From Candidatus Binatia bacterium (GTDB lineage Bacteria; Desulfobacterota; Binatia; UBA9968; CAXXLF01): a stretch of 64,000 bases of DNA. Below, one piece after another: positions 21,846 to 31,652 of the stretch. The notes under the pieces were generated by a model that searched no databases, was not told where the DNA came from, and saw nothing but the letters and a program-made list of their open reading frames with translations. The stretch's first letter is position 1, and every line of letters begins with the position of its first letter. The stretch is taken from positions 928,001-992,000 of the forward strand of contig CAXXLF010000001.1 of assembly GCA_963664015.2 (NCBI GenBank), written 5' to 3'. The translations under genes and the position numbers were made by a program.

Positions 21846-22856
21846 TCACAGGGAAAGCCCTGAACCAGGCACCACTCCATGAGGCCTCATCCTGGACTCG
21901 AAACGAAAGTCCCGGAACGGGGCGTCAAAAAGCTCCTCCGGCTCGAGTCTTTTCTGCGTAAGCCCTTGGTCCTGTGCGTAGGCCAGGAATTGGGCCAGCT
22001 CGGAGCGATTTTTTTCGAATCCATAGGGCCAAGGGTCTTCCCCGAAGGTTTGCACAGTATCATCGAGGTAGGCGCGCATCAACGGCAGACTGGTCATCCG
22101 CTCGTTTTGAAGTAGATCATAAGCGCACTGCTTGGCCTGATCGAAAGCCACGGAAAGTTCATCGGGAAGCCCCGGCCTCATCTCCAGAACTTCTTTTCGC
22201 ACCACGATAACATGGACGATGACATGAAACCCTGTCTTACGATAGAACTCCCGCTGTAGCGAGTGGGCATCGGGATAGAGGCGGATCAGTTGGTGACGCC
22301 GATTTTCCGGGACCATGGGCATCCCTTCGTGCATGAGGCAATCGACAGTACCGTCCAAAAGCGGTTCCGCCCCCCAGTGGGGCCCGGGGCTTACAGCGAC
22401 ATTGACCCCCTTGGGGAAACCCATCCTCGAGTCACGCTCTTTCGAGGTCGTGGTCCATTGGATCTCCTCCGGCAGGACACTGTAGTCGTCTTTAAGGATG
22501 CCCCGATGCCAGATGGAAGAGGTCATATAGTACTGGGGAACGGCAACCCGGCGTCCGCGCAGATCTTCTGGCGATTGGAGGCCGGCGTCCCTACGGGTAT
22601 AGACATACTGGTGAAGGAATATCCGATCGGGAAACACCGGGATGGCGCTGAAGGGTTCCCCTTGATCCCGCAAAAAGGCGTAATGGGCTAGGGGCATCTC
22701 GGCCGCATCAAAGACCCCACCTACCAGTCCCGCCACACCGGTACCCGCGGGAACAACTACCACCGTCACGTTCCGGACCGGAACCTTTCCCGTGTGCAGC
22801 GCTGCGGTGCGATCAAACCTCTGAATGGCTAGGGTTATGGGCCTGAGAGCGGGCAT
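21846..22856 (-). CDS. 4,5-dihydroxyphthalate decarboxylase (Pht5/OphC)-like protein
   Basis: FDRTAAL, FDAAEM, AIPVFP, YYMTSSIWHRGIL, DPWPYGF pattern of this periplasmic-binding-fold family. Confidence 0.75.
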   Translation of the reverse strand: MPALRPITLAIQRFDRTAALHTGKVPVRNVTVVVVPAGTGVAGLVGGVFDAAEMPLAHYAFLRDQGEPFSAIPVFPDRIFLHQYVYTRRDAGLQSPEDLRGRRVAVPQYYMTSSIWHRGILKDDYSVLPEEIQWTTTSKERDSRMGFPKGVNVAVSPGPHWGAEPLLDGTVDCLMHEGMPMVPENRRHQLIRLYPDAHSLQREFYRKTGFHVIVHVIVVRKEVLEMRPGLPDELSVAFDQAKQCAYDLLQNERMTSLPLMRAYLDDTVQTFGEDPWPYGFEKNRSELAQFLAYAQDQGLTQKRLEPEELFDAPFRDFRFESRMRPHGVVPGSGLSL

Positions 22857-24033
22857 AGTTTTCCCCTTGGGTTTCCTTGAGCGAAGGATTTCCATGAGTC
22901 CGTTTGATGCGGCTGGCGTGAAACCCTTCGAAAACCATTTTCCTCCATCCAATCACGACGGCATCGGTCCACGACAACCGTTCGGTTGCACTGTAATCCT
23001 GCGCGGCAACGATCTTCAGGTCTTGCTCGGAAAGGTTGATATTCCTTGCCCAACGGCGAAAAAGGTAATAGCGCACACAAAACCAGGCCTTGGACAGGAT
23101 CGATCCTTTGACAAAATGCCAGTAGAAATTGGTCACACCACGTTCGTCAATAGGCACGCCCCATCGGATATAGAGATGATCCGGGTAGGCGATCCGGGTC
23201 ATGCCCGGCAAGACGATCTCCTGCGTATAGGGTTTGCCGGTAAAGGTTCCCTTTTTCCAGTTGGGCTTGAACAACCACAACCAGGCTTTGCGCATCAACC
23301 GCTTGGGGAAGCGTCCAAGCCCAGGATAGTCCTGCTGCATAGGCGGAAAGGACTCTTTGATAACCGCAATCCCCCGGCCCTCATAGGTCAACTTTGGGGT
23401 CAGCTTCTGCCCGAGAGGACCGATCGTGGTCAGCAACCCTTCAGCCGAATCACGATGAACGTACGGTGCATGCCCATCAATGGCGTTCTCGATCAGGGGC
23501 CGCCAGTTGATGGGCCAATTCATTACCTCTGTAAGGATCAAGACATCCGGATTCAGAAACTCTTCCGGAACATCCTCCTCTACAGGCACCGGTGTACCGT
23601 CCCCGATCCATATCCAGACAATGTCACGGAACTCACGGACGGTCCGGGACGGGACCCGAATTCCCAAGCTTGGGATCTTGGAATCTGGGCCTTCGACGAG
23701 AGCTGCCACACAATGGCCTTCGCTGTCGAAGGTCCACGCGTGATAGGGGCAAGTGACCGTACCTGGGAAGTGACAATCCCCTTGCGACAAGCGGCCCCCG
23801 CGATGGGGGCATAGATCCCGGAGGGCAACAATCTTGCTATCACGGCTGCGAAACAAGACCAGGTTTTCCCCCAACAACCGCACGCCCACCGGCTTTTTTT
23901 TCCCAACCTTCTTTGCCTGAATGGCTGGATACCAGTATTCCTTGAGGCCACTGGCGGGGATCTGGTCCCTCAAGTTGGTCTCGGGGGTCGACTCAACTTT
24001 GACGATCTTCTGAGTTGAAGCTACGGTAGGCAT
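22813..24033 (-). CDS. Rieske oxygenase alpha subunit (alpha3 type, CarAa/OxoO/VanA-like)
   Basis: YWYPA, CPHRG...CPYHAW Rieske motif, NWRPLIENAIDGHAPYVH, EQD. Confidence 0.88.
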   Translation of the reverse strand: MPTVASTQKIVKVESTPETNLRDQIPASGLKEYWYPAIQAKKVGKKKPVGVRLLGENLVLFRSRDSKIVALRDLCPHRGGRLSQGDCHFPGTVTCPYHAWTFDSEGHCVAALVEGPDSKIPSLGIRVPSRTVREFRDIVWIWIGDGTPVPVEEDVPEEFLNPDVLILTEVMNWPINWRPLIENAIDGHAPYVHRDSAEGLLTTIGPLGQKLTPKLTYEGRGIAVIKESFPPMQQDYPGLGRFPKRLMRKAWLWLFKPNWKKGTFTGKPYTQEIVLPGMTRIAYPDHLYIRWGVPIDERGVTNFYWHFVKGSILSKAWFCVRYYLFRRWARNINLSEQDLKIVAAQDYSATERLSWTDAVVIGWRKMVFEGFHASRIKRTHGNPSLKETQGENYARSQAHNPSHSEV

Positions 24034-24114
24034 GGGATTAGAACCTCAACCGTTTCTGAGCACCTCTTAAACCCTAATAGGCCCAAACCACTGAGACAGC
24101 ATGTCGAGCAACCA

Positions 24115-25332
24115 TCACTGTGGACTTGGAACCTGGTGAGACAGAAATACCTCTTCTCTCCGAGCGGCTGACTCCAGTATGGCCAGGCAGACTTCCAGCG
24201 TGGCCTCACCCCACCGACCGTCGTGAAAAAGTGGGCGATCATTCATGACGGCCTGATAAAACTCGTTCATTTCCATGGCACGGGAATTCGCTCCTTTCTC
24301 CAAGGCTACCTCATGTCGACCCTGATCATCATAGACGTAAATTCCGTCACGAGATTGGCGTATCTCGCCACGTTCGCAGGTCACGATCGTCAGGCCAAAA
24401 AACGGCTGGTGCGGAGCCGCGTTCCCTCCATGGACGCCGAGACCGTCAAGGGCCCCCCCGGATTGGGTAGGCGCACCGTAGCGCCATTGCTCCAATCGTT
24501 CTTCCAGCAACTGGGCCTTGTCGGGACCATGGCCGATTTCACGGAAAAACTTTCTTGCCTTGGGGGGGCGTTGGGGGTCCTTGATATCCCCTCCCTCTCC
24601 AATCCCCCACACCAGTTCTCCCGTGTCGAAGAAGGCATAACCGCTGTAGACCAAACTGGCCACAACGCCACTTTCAAACTCCAGGTAACACACGTAATGC
24701 CCTTCACCAGGTCGATGGTGATCTCCTATCCCAGACATCGCACGCACACTCCTCACCATGCCACCGCCGATGAGCCGTACGATATCCACTTGATGGGGGC
24801 CCTGGTTCAATACCACCCCCCGACTCATCCGGATATCGTGATCTGAAAAGGGCCGGTAAATATGGTCTTTGTAATAGGATGTCCCGATCATCAGGAGCCG
24901 GCCTAACTCTTCCCTCACCACCATCTCGCTTATCTTTTTCACCGGGGGATCGAAGCTATGGGTATGGCCGGCCATAAGCTTGACCCCGTTCTGCTCCGCT
25001 GCTCTGTTCATCTTCTCGGCCTCGTCGATGGACAGGGCCATGGGTTTCTCGACGATGACGTGCTTGCGATTTTCTAAAGCGGCGATGGCATGTTGGGAAT
25101 GGAACTCATGGGGGGTCGCAACATACACCGCATCGATGTCCGGGCTCCGAACCATCTCTTCAACGCTGGTGTACACCGCCCCGTTAAAATCTCTTTTGAA
25201 CCGGTGCAATGGCGGCTGTCGTAGATCGGCCCCTGCGGCTAATCGGATGTATGGGAGCGCAGCTATATCCGGGAGCAGACGCCCCCCCGCCATGCCAAGC
25301 CCGGCAAATCCGAGTCTTAATACCTGGGACAT
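24115..25332 (-). CDS. Gfo/Idh/MocA oxidoreductase, phthalate cis-dihydrodiol dehydrogenase (Pht4/OphB)-like #1
   Basis: GLGMAG, EKPMAL, GHTHSFD, QGPHQVD, HDGRWGEATLEVC. Confidence 0.85.
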   Translation of the reverse strand: MSQVLRLGFAGLGMAGGRLLPDIAALPYIRLAAGADLRQPPLHRFKRDFNGAVYTSVEEMVRSPDIDAVYVATPHEFHSQHAIAALENRKHVIVEKPMALSIDEAEKMNRAAEQNGVKLMAGHTHSFDPPVKKISEMVVREELGRLLMIGTSYYKDHIYRPFSDHDIRMSRGVVLNQGPHQVDIVRLIGGGMVRSVRAMSGIGDHHRPGEGHYVCYLEFESGVVASLVYSGYAFFDTGELVWGIGEGGDIKDPQRPPKARKFFREIGHGPDKAQLLEERLEQWRYGAPTQSGGALDGLGVHGGNAAPHQPFFGLTIVTCERGEIRQSRDGIYVYDDQGRHEVALEKGANSRAMEMNEFYQAVMNDRPLFHDGRWGEATLEVCLAILESAARREEVFLSHQVPSPQ

Positions 25333-25400
25333 CTGGGTTACATCTCCGCAGTCAAAGTTTCGTTAATTCGGGCATGAGCCTACCCACAGGGGTCGACGGT

Positions 25401-25429
25401 TTTATATCCGGTCGTCCCAAACCTGTCAA
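25401..25429 (-). promoter_or_regulatory. Sigma-70 promoter candidate for the 25.3-19.6 kb gene run
   Basis: Minus strand TTGACA-N17-TATAAA. Confidence 0.65.
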
Positions 25430-25497
25430 GTGCCACACTGTGGACAGAGGCCCACATTCCATGATAAAAGAAGCATAATCACGAAAGGAGCACACCT

Positions 25498-26046
25498 GTG
25501 GAAAGAGAAAAAATCAGAGAGAATGAACCTGTCCAGCTCGAATATGGCGCCCATTACACAGAAACCTTGCGACAATACGCGACGGCCAGAGACCAAGCCA
25601 AGAACGGCAAGATCGTTATTCGGGCCAAAGATCTACCTTGGCGCCAGGGCCAACAGGGATACTCCAAAAGATATCTGAATTGGCACAGGGTTGCCGACGG
25701 CCATGTCTTGGAAGCAGCAGCCCAGGGTTGGACCTGTTTTATTCAGCATGTCAAAACACATTCGGGTAAACACCGCCATCAAGGTGGAATCCAGTTGTTT
25801 GTTCTGGAAGGGGAAGGATACACCACGGTGAATGGGAAAAGGGTCGATTGGGACAAATGGGACCTGATCATCTTACCCGTGCAGCCCAAGGGATGCGAGC
25901 ACCAACATTTCAATAAGAACCCTGGCACGCCGGCCAAGTGGATGGCGTTCCGTTACCATCCCTTTTCCGAGGTGCTAGGCAATATGTTTGAACATGTGGA
26001 AGATTCACCCGACTGGAACCCCAATCAAAAAGCTGCAGGAAAATAG
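25498..26046 (+). CDS. 3-His monocupin (gentisate dioxygenase-like), most divergent paralog
   Basis: SGKHRHQGG...VLEGEG...CEHQHFN; AAGGAG RBS before the GTG; clearly homologous to the four copies at 52-60 kb. Confidence 0.85.
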   Translation: MEREKIRENEPVQLEYGAHYTETLRQYATARDQAKNGKIVIRAKDLPWRQGQQGYSKRYLNWHRVADGHVLEAAAQGWTCFIQHVKTHSGKHRHQGGIQLFVLEGEGYTTVNGKRVDWDKWDLIILPVQPKGCEHQHFNKNPGTPAKWMAFRYHPFSEVLGNMFEHVEDSPDWNPNQKAAGK

Positions 26047-26103
26047 CCGACAGCACCATTCCCGCCGTACACAACATCCCACAATACGGGGATAACGACG
26101 TGG

Positions 26104-26135
26104 TTTTTTTGCAACGGCCTCGGCCGCTGCAAAAA
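26104..26135. terminator. Possible bidirectional intrinsic terminator
   Basis: TTTTTTTGCA-A-CGGCC-TC-GGCCG-C-TGCAAAAA downstream of the cupin stop. Confidence 0.4.
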
Positions 26136-26474
26136 GACACCCTGCGGAGTCATCAGAATGACTGGGCGAATCCGCAGGTCCGTCGAACACCTCCAGAAAA
26201 ACGGCTACCAGTTTGACGCACAGGAGAACTACCGGGAGTTGCCCTTTCCCGCACTGAATGAAAAGGCAGTAACTTAGCCTGGATTTCTTGCCTTTAATTA
26301 TTAAACAATTCAGTTGGAAATCAGGAATACGATTCTCTTAGGCGGGTGAGGCCAGCCTTTACACAAGGACGGCCCTTGCGGGGGATCGAACTGAAAGCGG
26401 CGCTGTACTCTCCCTTGCTTCAAGCTCGGTCAGTACAGCGCCAATGCTTCAGTCAGTTGTTTAAAACCACTGCT

Positions 26475-26855
26475 CTACTTTTTCTTCTTCTTCTTGCTTC
26501 TCCTTGCCTTCGCCACTCCCTTGCCGTAAACCTTGATCGACAAGGCAGGAAAGTACGGATCGTCAGGATTTTTATAAAGGGTGACCAGGGCCTTGTCACC
26601 TTTTTTCAAATCCTTGAGCGCGATATCCTTATACTTGGCCTTCTGGACCCTCGTGACATCAGCGACACCGATGTACGATGTCCGCATTCTCCCCCTACGT
26701 AGGGTCTGGTAACCGATGGTCGCCTCCCCTACCTCATGGATGAGGATGTCCAATTGCACGATGGTCGGACCCTTGGCCTTCTTCTGCGCATCAGCGGTCC
26801 CGACAAATACGAAAAATGCCAAGGCCACCATTGTAACGAGTTTAATTACTTTCAT
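26475..26855 (-). CDS. Hypothetical exported Lys-rich protein
   Basis: AAGGAGGAG RBS, signal peptide ending ADA-Q, C-terminus RRSKKKKKK. Confidence 0.7.
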   Translation of the reverse strand: MKVIKLVTMVALAFFVFVGTADAQKKAKGPTIVQLDILIHEVGEATIGYQTLRRGRMRTSYIGVADVTRVQKAKYKDIALKDLKKGDKALVTLYKNPDDPYFPALSIKVYGKGVAKARRSKKKKKK

Positions 26856-26957
26856 GCTGCTCCTCCTTTCAATTCTCCAAACAAAGTCTAACATTTTAGA
26901 CCATACCGACTTTTTTTTGTCAAGCCCCCCTGGACCGTTTTTCATTAAAAACTCGCC

Positions 26958-28064
26958 CTATCGGGGCCAAAGGGACAGGTTCTCGGATTGCAATTCCAGG
27001 TAGATCGGCTGACCCGTCTTAAAAACCTGGGAAGCAGGTAGCACCAGGACTCGGGTATAGGAGCCTATAGACACGGTGTATTCGTACCGGTCCCCCAGAA
27101 AATGGACGCTGTCCAATTTGGCTTGAAGGATATTTCGCTTGCCATTAGGTACCGTATCCCAGACACGGATGTGGTCCGGTCGGATAGCCACCATAACATC
27201 GCCCCCCTCTACCAGACTGTCGGAAACGGTCGAGCGGATGTTTCCCTGCTCGACCCATATGGGGCAATTCGTCATTCCATCGGGTTCCACCTCTACGGTA
27301 TCTCCCATCTTTACCACTTTTCCCATGATGATAAACGTCTTGCCTAGAAAATCCCGGGCAAAAGTCGTTTCCGGTTTATGGTAGACCTCTTCCGGGGTAC
27401 CGACCTGCTCCAGTTGTCCTTTGTTCATTATCCCGATGCGGTCGGAAAGGCTCAAGGCCTCAATCTGATCATGGGTCACAAACAAAACGGTTACTTTCAC
27501 ACGGCTTTGAAGCGACTTTAACTCCCGGCGCATTTCATCCCTCAGTTGGGCATCCAGATTACTCAAGGGCTCGTCCAGCAAGAGGACACCGGGGGAAAAG
27601 ACAAGCGCCCTGGCCAACGCAACTCGCTGCTGCTGACCACCGCTCAATGCGGGGATAGGACGATCCTCCAACCCAGTTAGGCCCACAAGGTCCAGGGACG
27701 CCAGCACCTTCTCCCGAATCTCGGGCCGCTTCATCCACCGAAGTTTTAGCGGATAGGCCACGTTCTCGAACACCGTCATATGGGGCCAAAGGGCGTAGGA
27801 TTGAAACACCATACCCATGTTGCGCTTCTCGGGATTGACGAACAGGTTTTTGCTTACCGATACGAGTGTCCTATCACCCATGATGATATCGCCCGCATCC
27901 GGCTCCTCCAACCCTCCCACCATTCGGAGCATCGTCGTCTTACCGCATCCGCTTGGGCCCAAGAGGGTAAAGAACTCCCCTTCTTTAACCTCAAGATTTA
28001 CGCCGTTGACTGCAACAACGCTACCAAAATACTTGTATAGACCTTGCAGTTTAAGAAAACTCAT
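26958..28064 (-). CDS. ABC transporter ATP-binding protein (FbpC/PotA-like)
   Basis: GPSGCGKTT, LSGGQQQRVALAR, LLDEPLSNLD, TOBE-like tail. Confidence 0.92.
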   Translation of the reverse strand: MSFLKLQGLYKYFGSVVAVNGVNLEVKEGEFFTLLGPSGCGKTTMLRMVGGLEEPDAGDIIMGDRTLVSVSKNLFVNPEKRNMGMVFQSYALWPHMTVFENVAYPLKLRWMKRPEIREKVLASLDLVGLTGLEDRPIPALSGGQQQRVALARALVFSPGVLLLDEPLSNLDAQLRDEMRRELKSLQSRVKVTVLFVTHDQIEALSLSDRIGIMNKGQLEQVGTPEEVYHKPETTFARDFLGKTFIIMGKVVKMGDTVEVEPDGMTNCPIWVEQGNIRSTVSDSLVEGGDVMVAIRPDHIRVWDTVPNGKRNILQAKLDSVHFLGDRYEYTVSIGSYTRVLVLPASQVFKTGQPIYLELQSENLSLWPR

Positions 28065-28098
28065 ACCCCCCCCTTGTTTGCCCCACGAGACAAATGAA

Positions 28099-29826
28099 TT
28101 AATCGCCTCGGATCCCAACCCGGAGACCCAATATCCTGGCAACGACAGCGATCCCGGTCGTAAGCACCACGATCAACAGTACGGTAATGCTAGCGGCCTC
28201 ACGGTAACCCGCTGCAATTTGGTCCAAGGCTAACAGCGCCAGTGTCCGGGTCTCCGACGTTGCCAAGAGTATTACACTAGACGCACTACGGGCTGCAAAC
28301 AGGAATTTCAATACCCCGATCAAGACCATGGTCTGCGCCATCAACGGGAGCACCACATGAAAATAGGTCCCCCAGAAACCCGCCCCCGACATGCGCGAGG
28401 CCTCCTCCAGTTCCTTGCCCAATTGAACAAAATTGGCTTTAAAAACCTGAGTCGCAAGCGTCACCCCTCCCATCATGGAAGCAATGATGAGTAGAAAGAT
28501 GGTTCCATACATGGGCCTAAAGACAGGCGTCCCAAGAAACATCCACAGAAGCCCCAAACCGGACAGAACACCGGGCACGGCAGAGGGCAGCCAACAGATT
28601 GAGTCGAGAGTCGACCTGCCTGGGAGACGCGTCCGGACGATAATGTAGGCGATGATCGAAAAAAGGAACGGCCCAATCAGTGCCGCACTACAGGCGATGA
28701 TCAACGTGTTTTTCAAGGCCAACATCAGGCGCGGATCCTGAACGGCGATAGCCCAATATTCCGTGGTCCAGGTCGTGGGTAAATTAAAAAACCCAAACCG
28801 TACCATCAGACTACCGCCCAATACGCTAATGATCGGCACCCCGACGGCAAGAAAGCACGTGAGCGACAAACCACCTACGGCAACGTACTTCCAAGCGCCG
28901 AGATCGATAATCTTGGGCTTGAACTGACTGGTAACAGTCGTGAACTGTCTCCGACCAATGAGTTTCCGCTGCAAGGGGATAAAGACCGCGAGAAAGAGCA
29001 GGATGAGGCTGCCTAAGGCCGCCGCTTGGTTGGTCAGGGGCGGCTCCTGCCTTGCCAGGTCCACGATCATCGTCGAATAGACGTAAAATCCCCACGGTAC
29101 TCCGAGAAGGAGCTCGGTTTCAAAGGACTCAAACAATCGGACCAGGCTCAACAACATGACAACGATCAGGACAGGTGTCATAACAGGCAGCGTCACCTTG
29201 AACATGGTCCTCAAGGTGCTGGCCCCCGACATACGGCTGGCCTCCTCCATGTTCGAATCCATCCTGCGGAAGGCGGGGGTCAAGATCATGACTTTGGTGT
29301 CCAACCCACTCAGGGTGTGAACCCAGATAATGCCCCAGAGGGAATAAATATTAAACGGCATCACACCAAACATGTTGCTGAACCATGAGTTGACCAGTCC
29401 TGTGTCCGGATCCAAAAGTAACATCCAGCCGTAGGTCGTTGCCACGCTGGGCAGCATAAAAGAGATCCAGAAAAAGAACTCGAACCCCCTGGCGAAAGGG
29501 ATGTTCGTTCGTGCCAAAACCCATGCCAGGAATACGCCGATGACAAAGACGATGGATTGGCGGATCAACGTTACCTTGAGCGTGTTCCAGAGGGCCTCCC
29601 GGACTCCATATTCGCTAAAGGCCTCGATCCACGCTCCAAAGCCGTAAACGGGATCCTCCGCAATAGTTGCGATATTGAAGCTGTTGATGAGGATCAGGCA
29701 CAACGGGTACAGGATATAAAACCCCATGGTCCCGATGAGGACGATCATCAGAAACAGCCCCCAATTGAGGACCGATATCTTTGGTCGAGATACCGATTGG
29801 ACGGCGGCGCTATTTATCTCAGGCAT
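28099..29826 (-). CDS. ABC transporter permease (FbpB-like, duplicated domain)
   Basis: Multiple TM segments and two EEASRMSGA (EAA) motifs. Confidence 0.92.
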   Translation of the reverse strand: MPEINSAAVQSVSRPKISVLNWGLFLMIVLIGTMGFYILYPLCLILINSFNIATIAEDPVYGFGAWIEAFSEYGVREALWNTLKVTLIRQSIVFVIGVFLAWVLARTNIPFARGFEFFFWISFMLPSVATTYGWMLLLDPDTGLVNSWFSNMFGVMPFNIYSLWGIIWVHTLSGLDTKVMILTPAFRRMDSNMEEASRMSGASTLRTMFKVTLPVMTPVLIVVMLLSLVRLFESFETELLLGVPWGFYVYSTMIVDLARQEPPLTNQAAALGSLILLFLAVFIPLQRKLIGRRQFTTVTSQFKPKIIDLGAWKYVAVGGLSLTCFLAVGVPIISVLGGSLMVRFGFFNLPTTWTTEYWAIAVQDPRLMLALKNTLIIACSAALIGPFLFSIIAYIIVRTRLPGRSTLDSICWLPSAVPGVLSGLGLLWMFLGTPVFRPMYGTIFLLIIASMMGGVTLATQVFKANFVQLGKELEEASRMSGAGFWGTYFHVVLPLMAQTMVLIGVLKFLFAARSASSVILLATSETRTLALLALDQIAAGYREAASITVLLIVVLTTGIAVVARILGLRVGIRGD

Positions 29827-29889
29827 TAGGATCTCCTCCTGAAGCACTGAGTCAACGATTCAGTCTGCCAATGACCATCCACAGGCCAG

Positions 29890-29917
29890 AATTTATCGCT
29901 TACGGGAACAATGTCAA
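29890..29917 (-). promoter_or_regulatory. Weak sigma-70 promoter candidate for the permease-ATPase pair
   Basis: Minus strand TTGACA-N16-TAAATT. Confidence 0.35.
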
Positions 29918-30124
29918 ACAAATTATTGCTCTATCTCAATGGTTCAACTCGTCAGGTCGGCACCTTCTAGTTACTTGAAAAATCGAACATTTCCATATAG
30001 CGAGGAAAAATGCAAGAGTCAGCGGGCTATTAAATGCAGCCACCCCGCTTCTGCATCCTACTATCTTCCTATGATCGGACATCCCATGCTCGCATGAGAT
30101 CGTCAAGTGAGCCGGATTCGAAAC

Positions 30125-31225
30125 TCACCGCCGTTTCCGCCAGGCTTTTTTAACGAGTTCATTGATCGAGCCCATGTCTTTAAACCCAGGGCCGGCCAAT
30201 ACCAGGTAGTCGACTCCGTCCCTCCGCCTGACACGGGACGGGACCTTATCCTTGGGAATATCAATTCTCAACGAGTCCTTATCGTAGCCATACCTTTGGT
30301 AGGCCTGTTGCCCTTCTCTGGAAAGCAACCAGTTAATCGCCACCTTGGCCGCATTGGGATGGGGAGCCCGATCGAAGAAGGCGACGTTGCCATTGCTCGT
30401 GCTCAGAGGTCCCCCCTCCTTGAAGGCCGAGGAATCAAAGGTATCAACAGGAAGGCCCTGCTCCCTGGCCGTGTAGATACCGGCCCGGTTGGGACCGACA
30501 AGGGCGGCCAGCGGATACCTCCCTACGGCCAACCAGTCGACCAGCTGGCGGCTATTGCGGGTTGCTTTGAGGTCCATTTCTTTCAGAATGCGATTGATAA
30601 ATTTGAGGCCGAGTTTGGGATTGTGATAAAGAAACATCAAGACCCCGCTCACGGCTCCTCCCATAGTGGGATCGTAGGAAACGATCTTCCCTTTCCATTT
30701 AGGATCGAGGAAATCCCAATATGAACTGAACCCTTTTGGACTGACAAGCTCCGTATTATAAGAAAAATACGTTTGAGCGTTGCCGTTGAAGGCCAGAATG
30801 AAGCTCTGCTCATCGTCGTGATAGACGTGCTTCCCCCCCCACCATTTAGATTTGTCCAGAACTTCGGGGAGAACGAGCAGAGGTTTCAGTGGGCTCAACA
30901 CCTTTCCCGCGTAAAAGATGTTATATACCGTGCCGGAGCCGCCGATATAGATGTCGGCCAGGAATTTGCCGGCTCTTCGTTCGGCCATAGCCCGCTGGGC
31001 GACCTGACTCCCCCGGCCGGTAACGGTGATTACTTTTATATCCGGAAATTTTTCCTGAAATTCCTGGAAAACCTCGTAATAGACGTCGCTAACGTAAAGG
31101 GCCACTTGGCCCTCCCGCTTGGCCGCCATTAGGGTCTCGTCCCAATCGGCCTGCCCACTAGCACATTCCGAGAAGGCGCCGAAAAGGGCCCAGCACAGGA
31201 CCCCGAGCATACACAAAAATCGCAT
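30125..31225 (-). CDS. ABC substrate-binding protein (FbpA/AfuA-like) #1
   Basis: Signal peptide, AAKREG, AERRAGK, LDPKWKGKI, APHPNAAKVAINWLLS. Confidence 0.88.
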   Translation of the reverse strand: MRFLCMLGVLCWALFGAFSECASGQADWDETLMAAKREGQVALYVSDVYYEVFQEFQEKFPDIKVITVTGRGSQVAQRAMAERRAGKFLADIYIGGSGTVYNIFYAGKVLSPLKPLLVLPEVLDKSKWWGGKHVYHDDEQSFILAFNGNAQTYFSYNTELVSPKGFSSYWDFLDPKWKGKIVSYDPTMGGAVSGVLMFLYHNPKLGLKFINRILKEMDLKATRNSRQLVDWLAVGRYPLAALVGPNRAGIYTAREQGLPVDTFDSSAFKEGGPLSTSNGNVAFFDRAPHPNAAKVAINWLLSREGQQAYQRYGYDKDSLRIDIPKDKVPSRVRRRDGVDYLVLAGPGFKDMGSINELVKKAWRKRR

Positions 31226-31226
31226 A

Positions 31227-31636
31227 CTAAACCTCCCTTGGTTTAAACTTGGCCAATGAAATTGCATCGGTTACTTTTTCGAAAAACACTCGTACAGGCA
31301 TTCCGATCTTAACCCGCTCGACCGGGACACCCGCCACGTTACTCACGAGATGAGGGCCTTCGGCCAATTCGATGATGGCCACCACATAGGTGACCTCCAA
31401 CACCACGCCCCTCAAGGGCTTATGCACAATGACATAGCTATATACCGTCCACCACCATCGGTAGCCACCCACTCGTGGTCCGCCGAATGGCAGACATGAC
31501 AGATGGGGCTCGGCGGATGTCGACATTCATGGCATGAGGAACACCGTTGAAGCAATAGCTCACCACGGGCACACCCCTGCCAGAAGGGTTCCGTATCCGG
31601 GTAGGAAATAGGGAGAGGTTGAGCTGTCTTTTCCAC
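31227..31636 (-). pseudogene. Zn-ribbon/OB-fold (DUF35, ChsH2-like) protein with a 1-nt frameshift near 31449
   Basis: PFWQGCARGELLLQRCSSC...PICHVC...EWVATDGG in one frame continues as TVYSYVIVH...YVVAIIELAEGP...IGMPVRVFF in another. Confidence 0.8.
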
Positions 31637-31652
31637 AGAGTCAAGCCGGGAT

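Noticed and set aside
22825-23814. 329-aa plus-strand ORF
   Set aside because: Antisense shadow of the Rieske oxygenase with no recognisable motifs.
26893-26923. TTGACA...TAAAAT promoter for the Lys-rich protein
   Set aside because: The 19-nt spacer is outside the usual range; not supported well enough to list.
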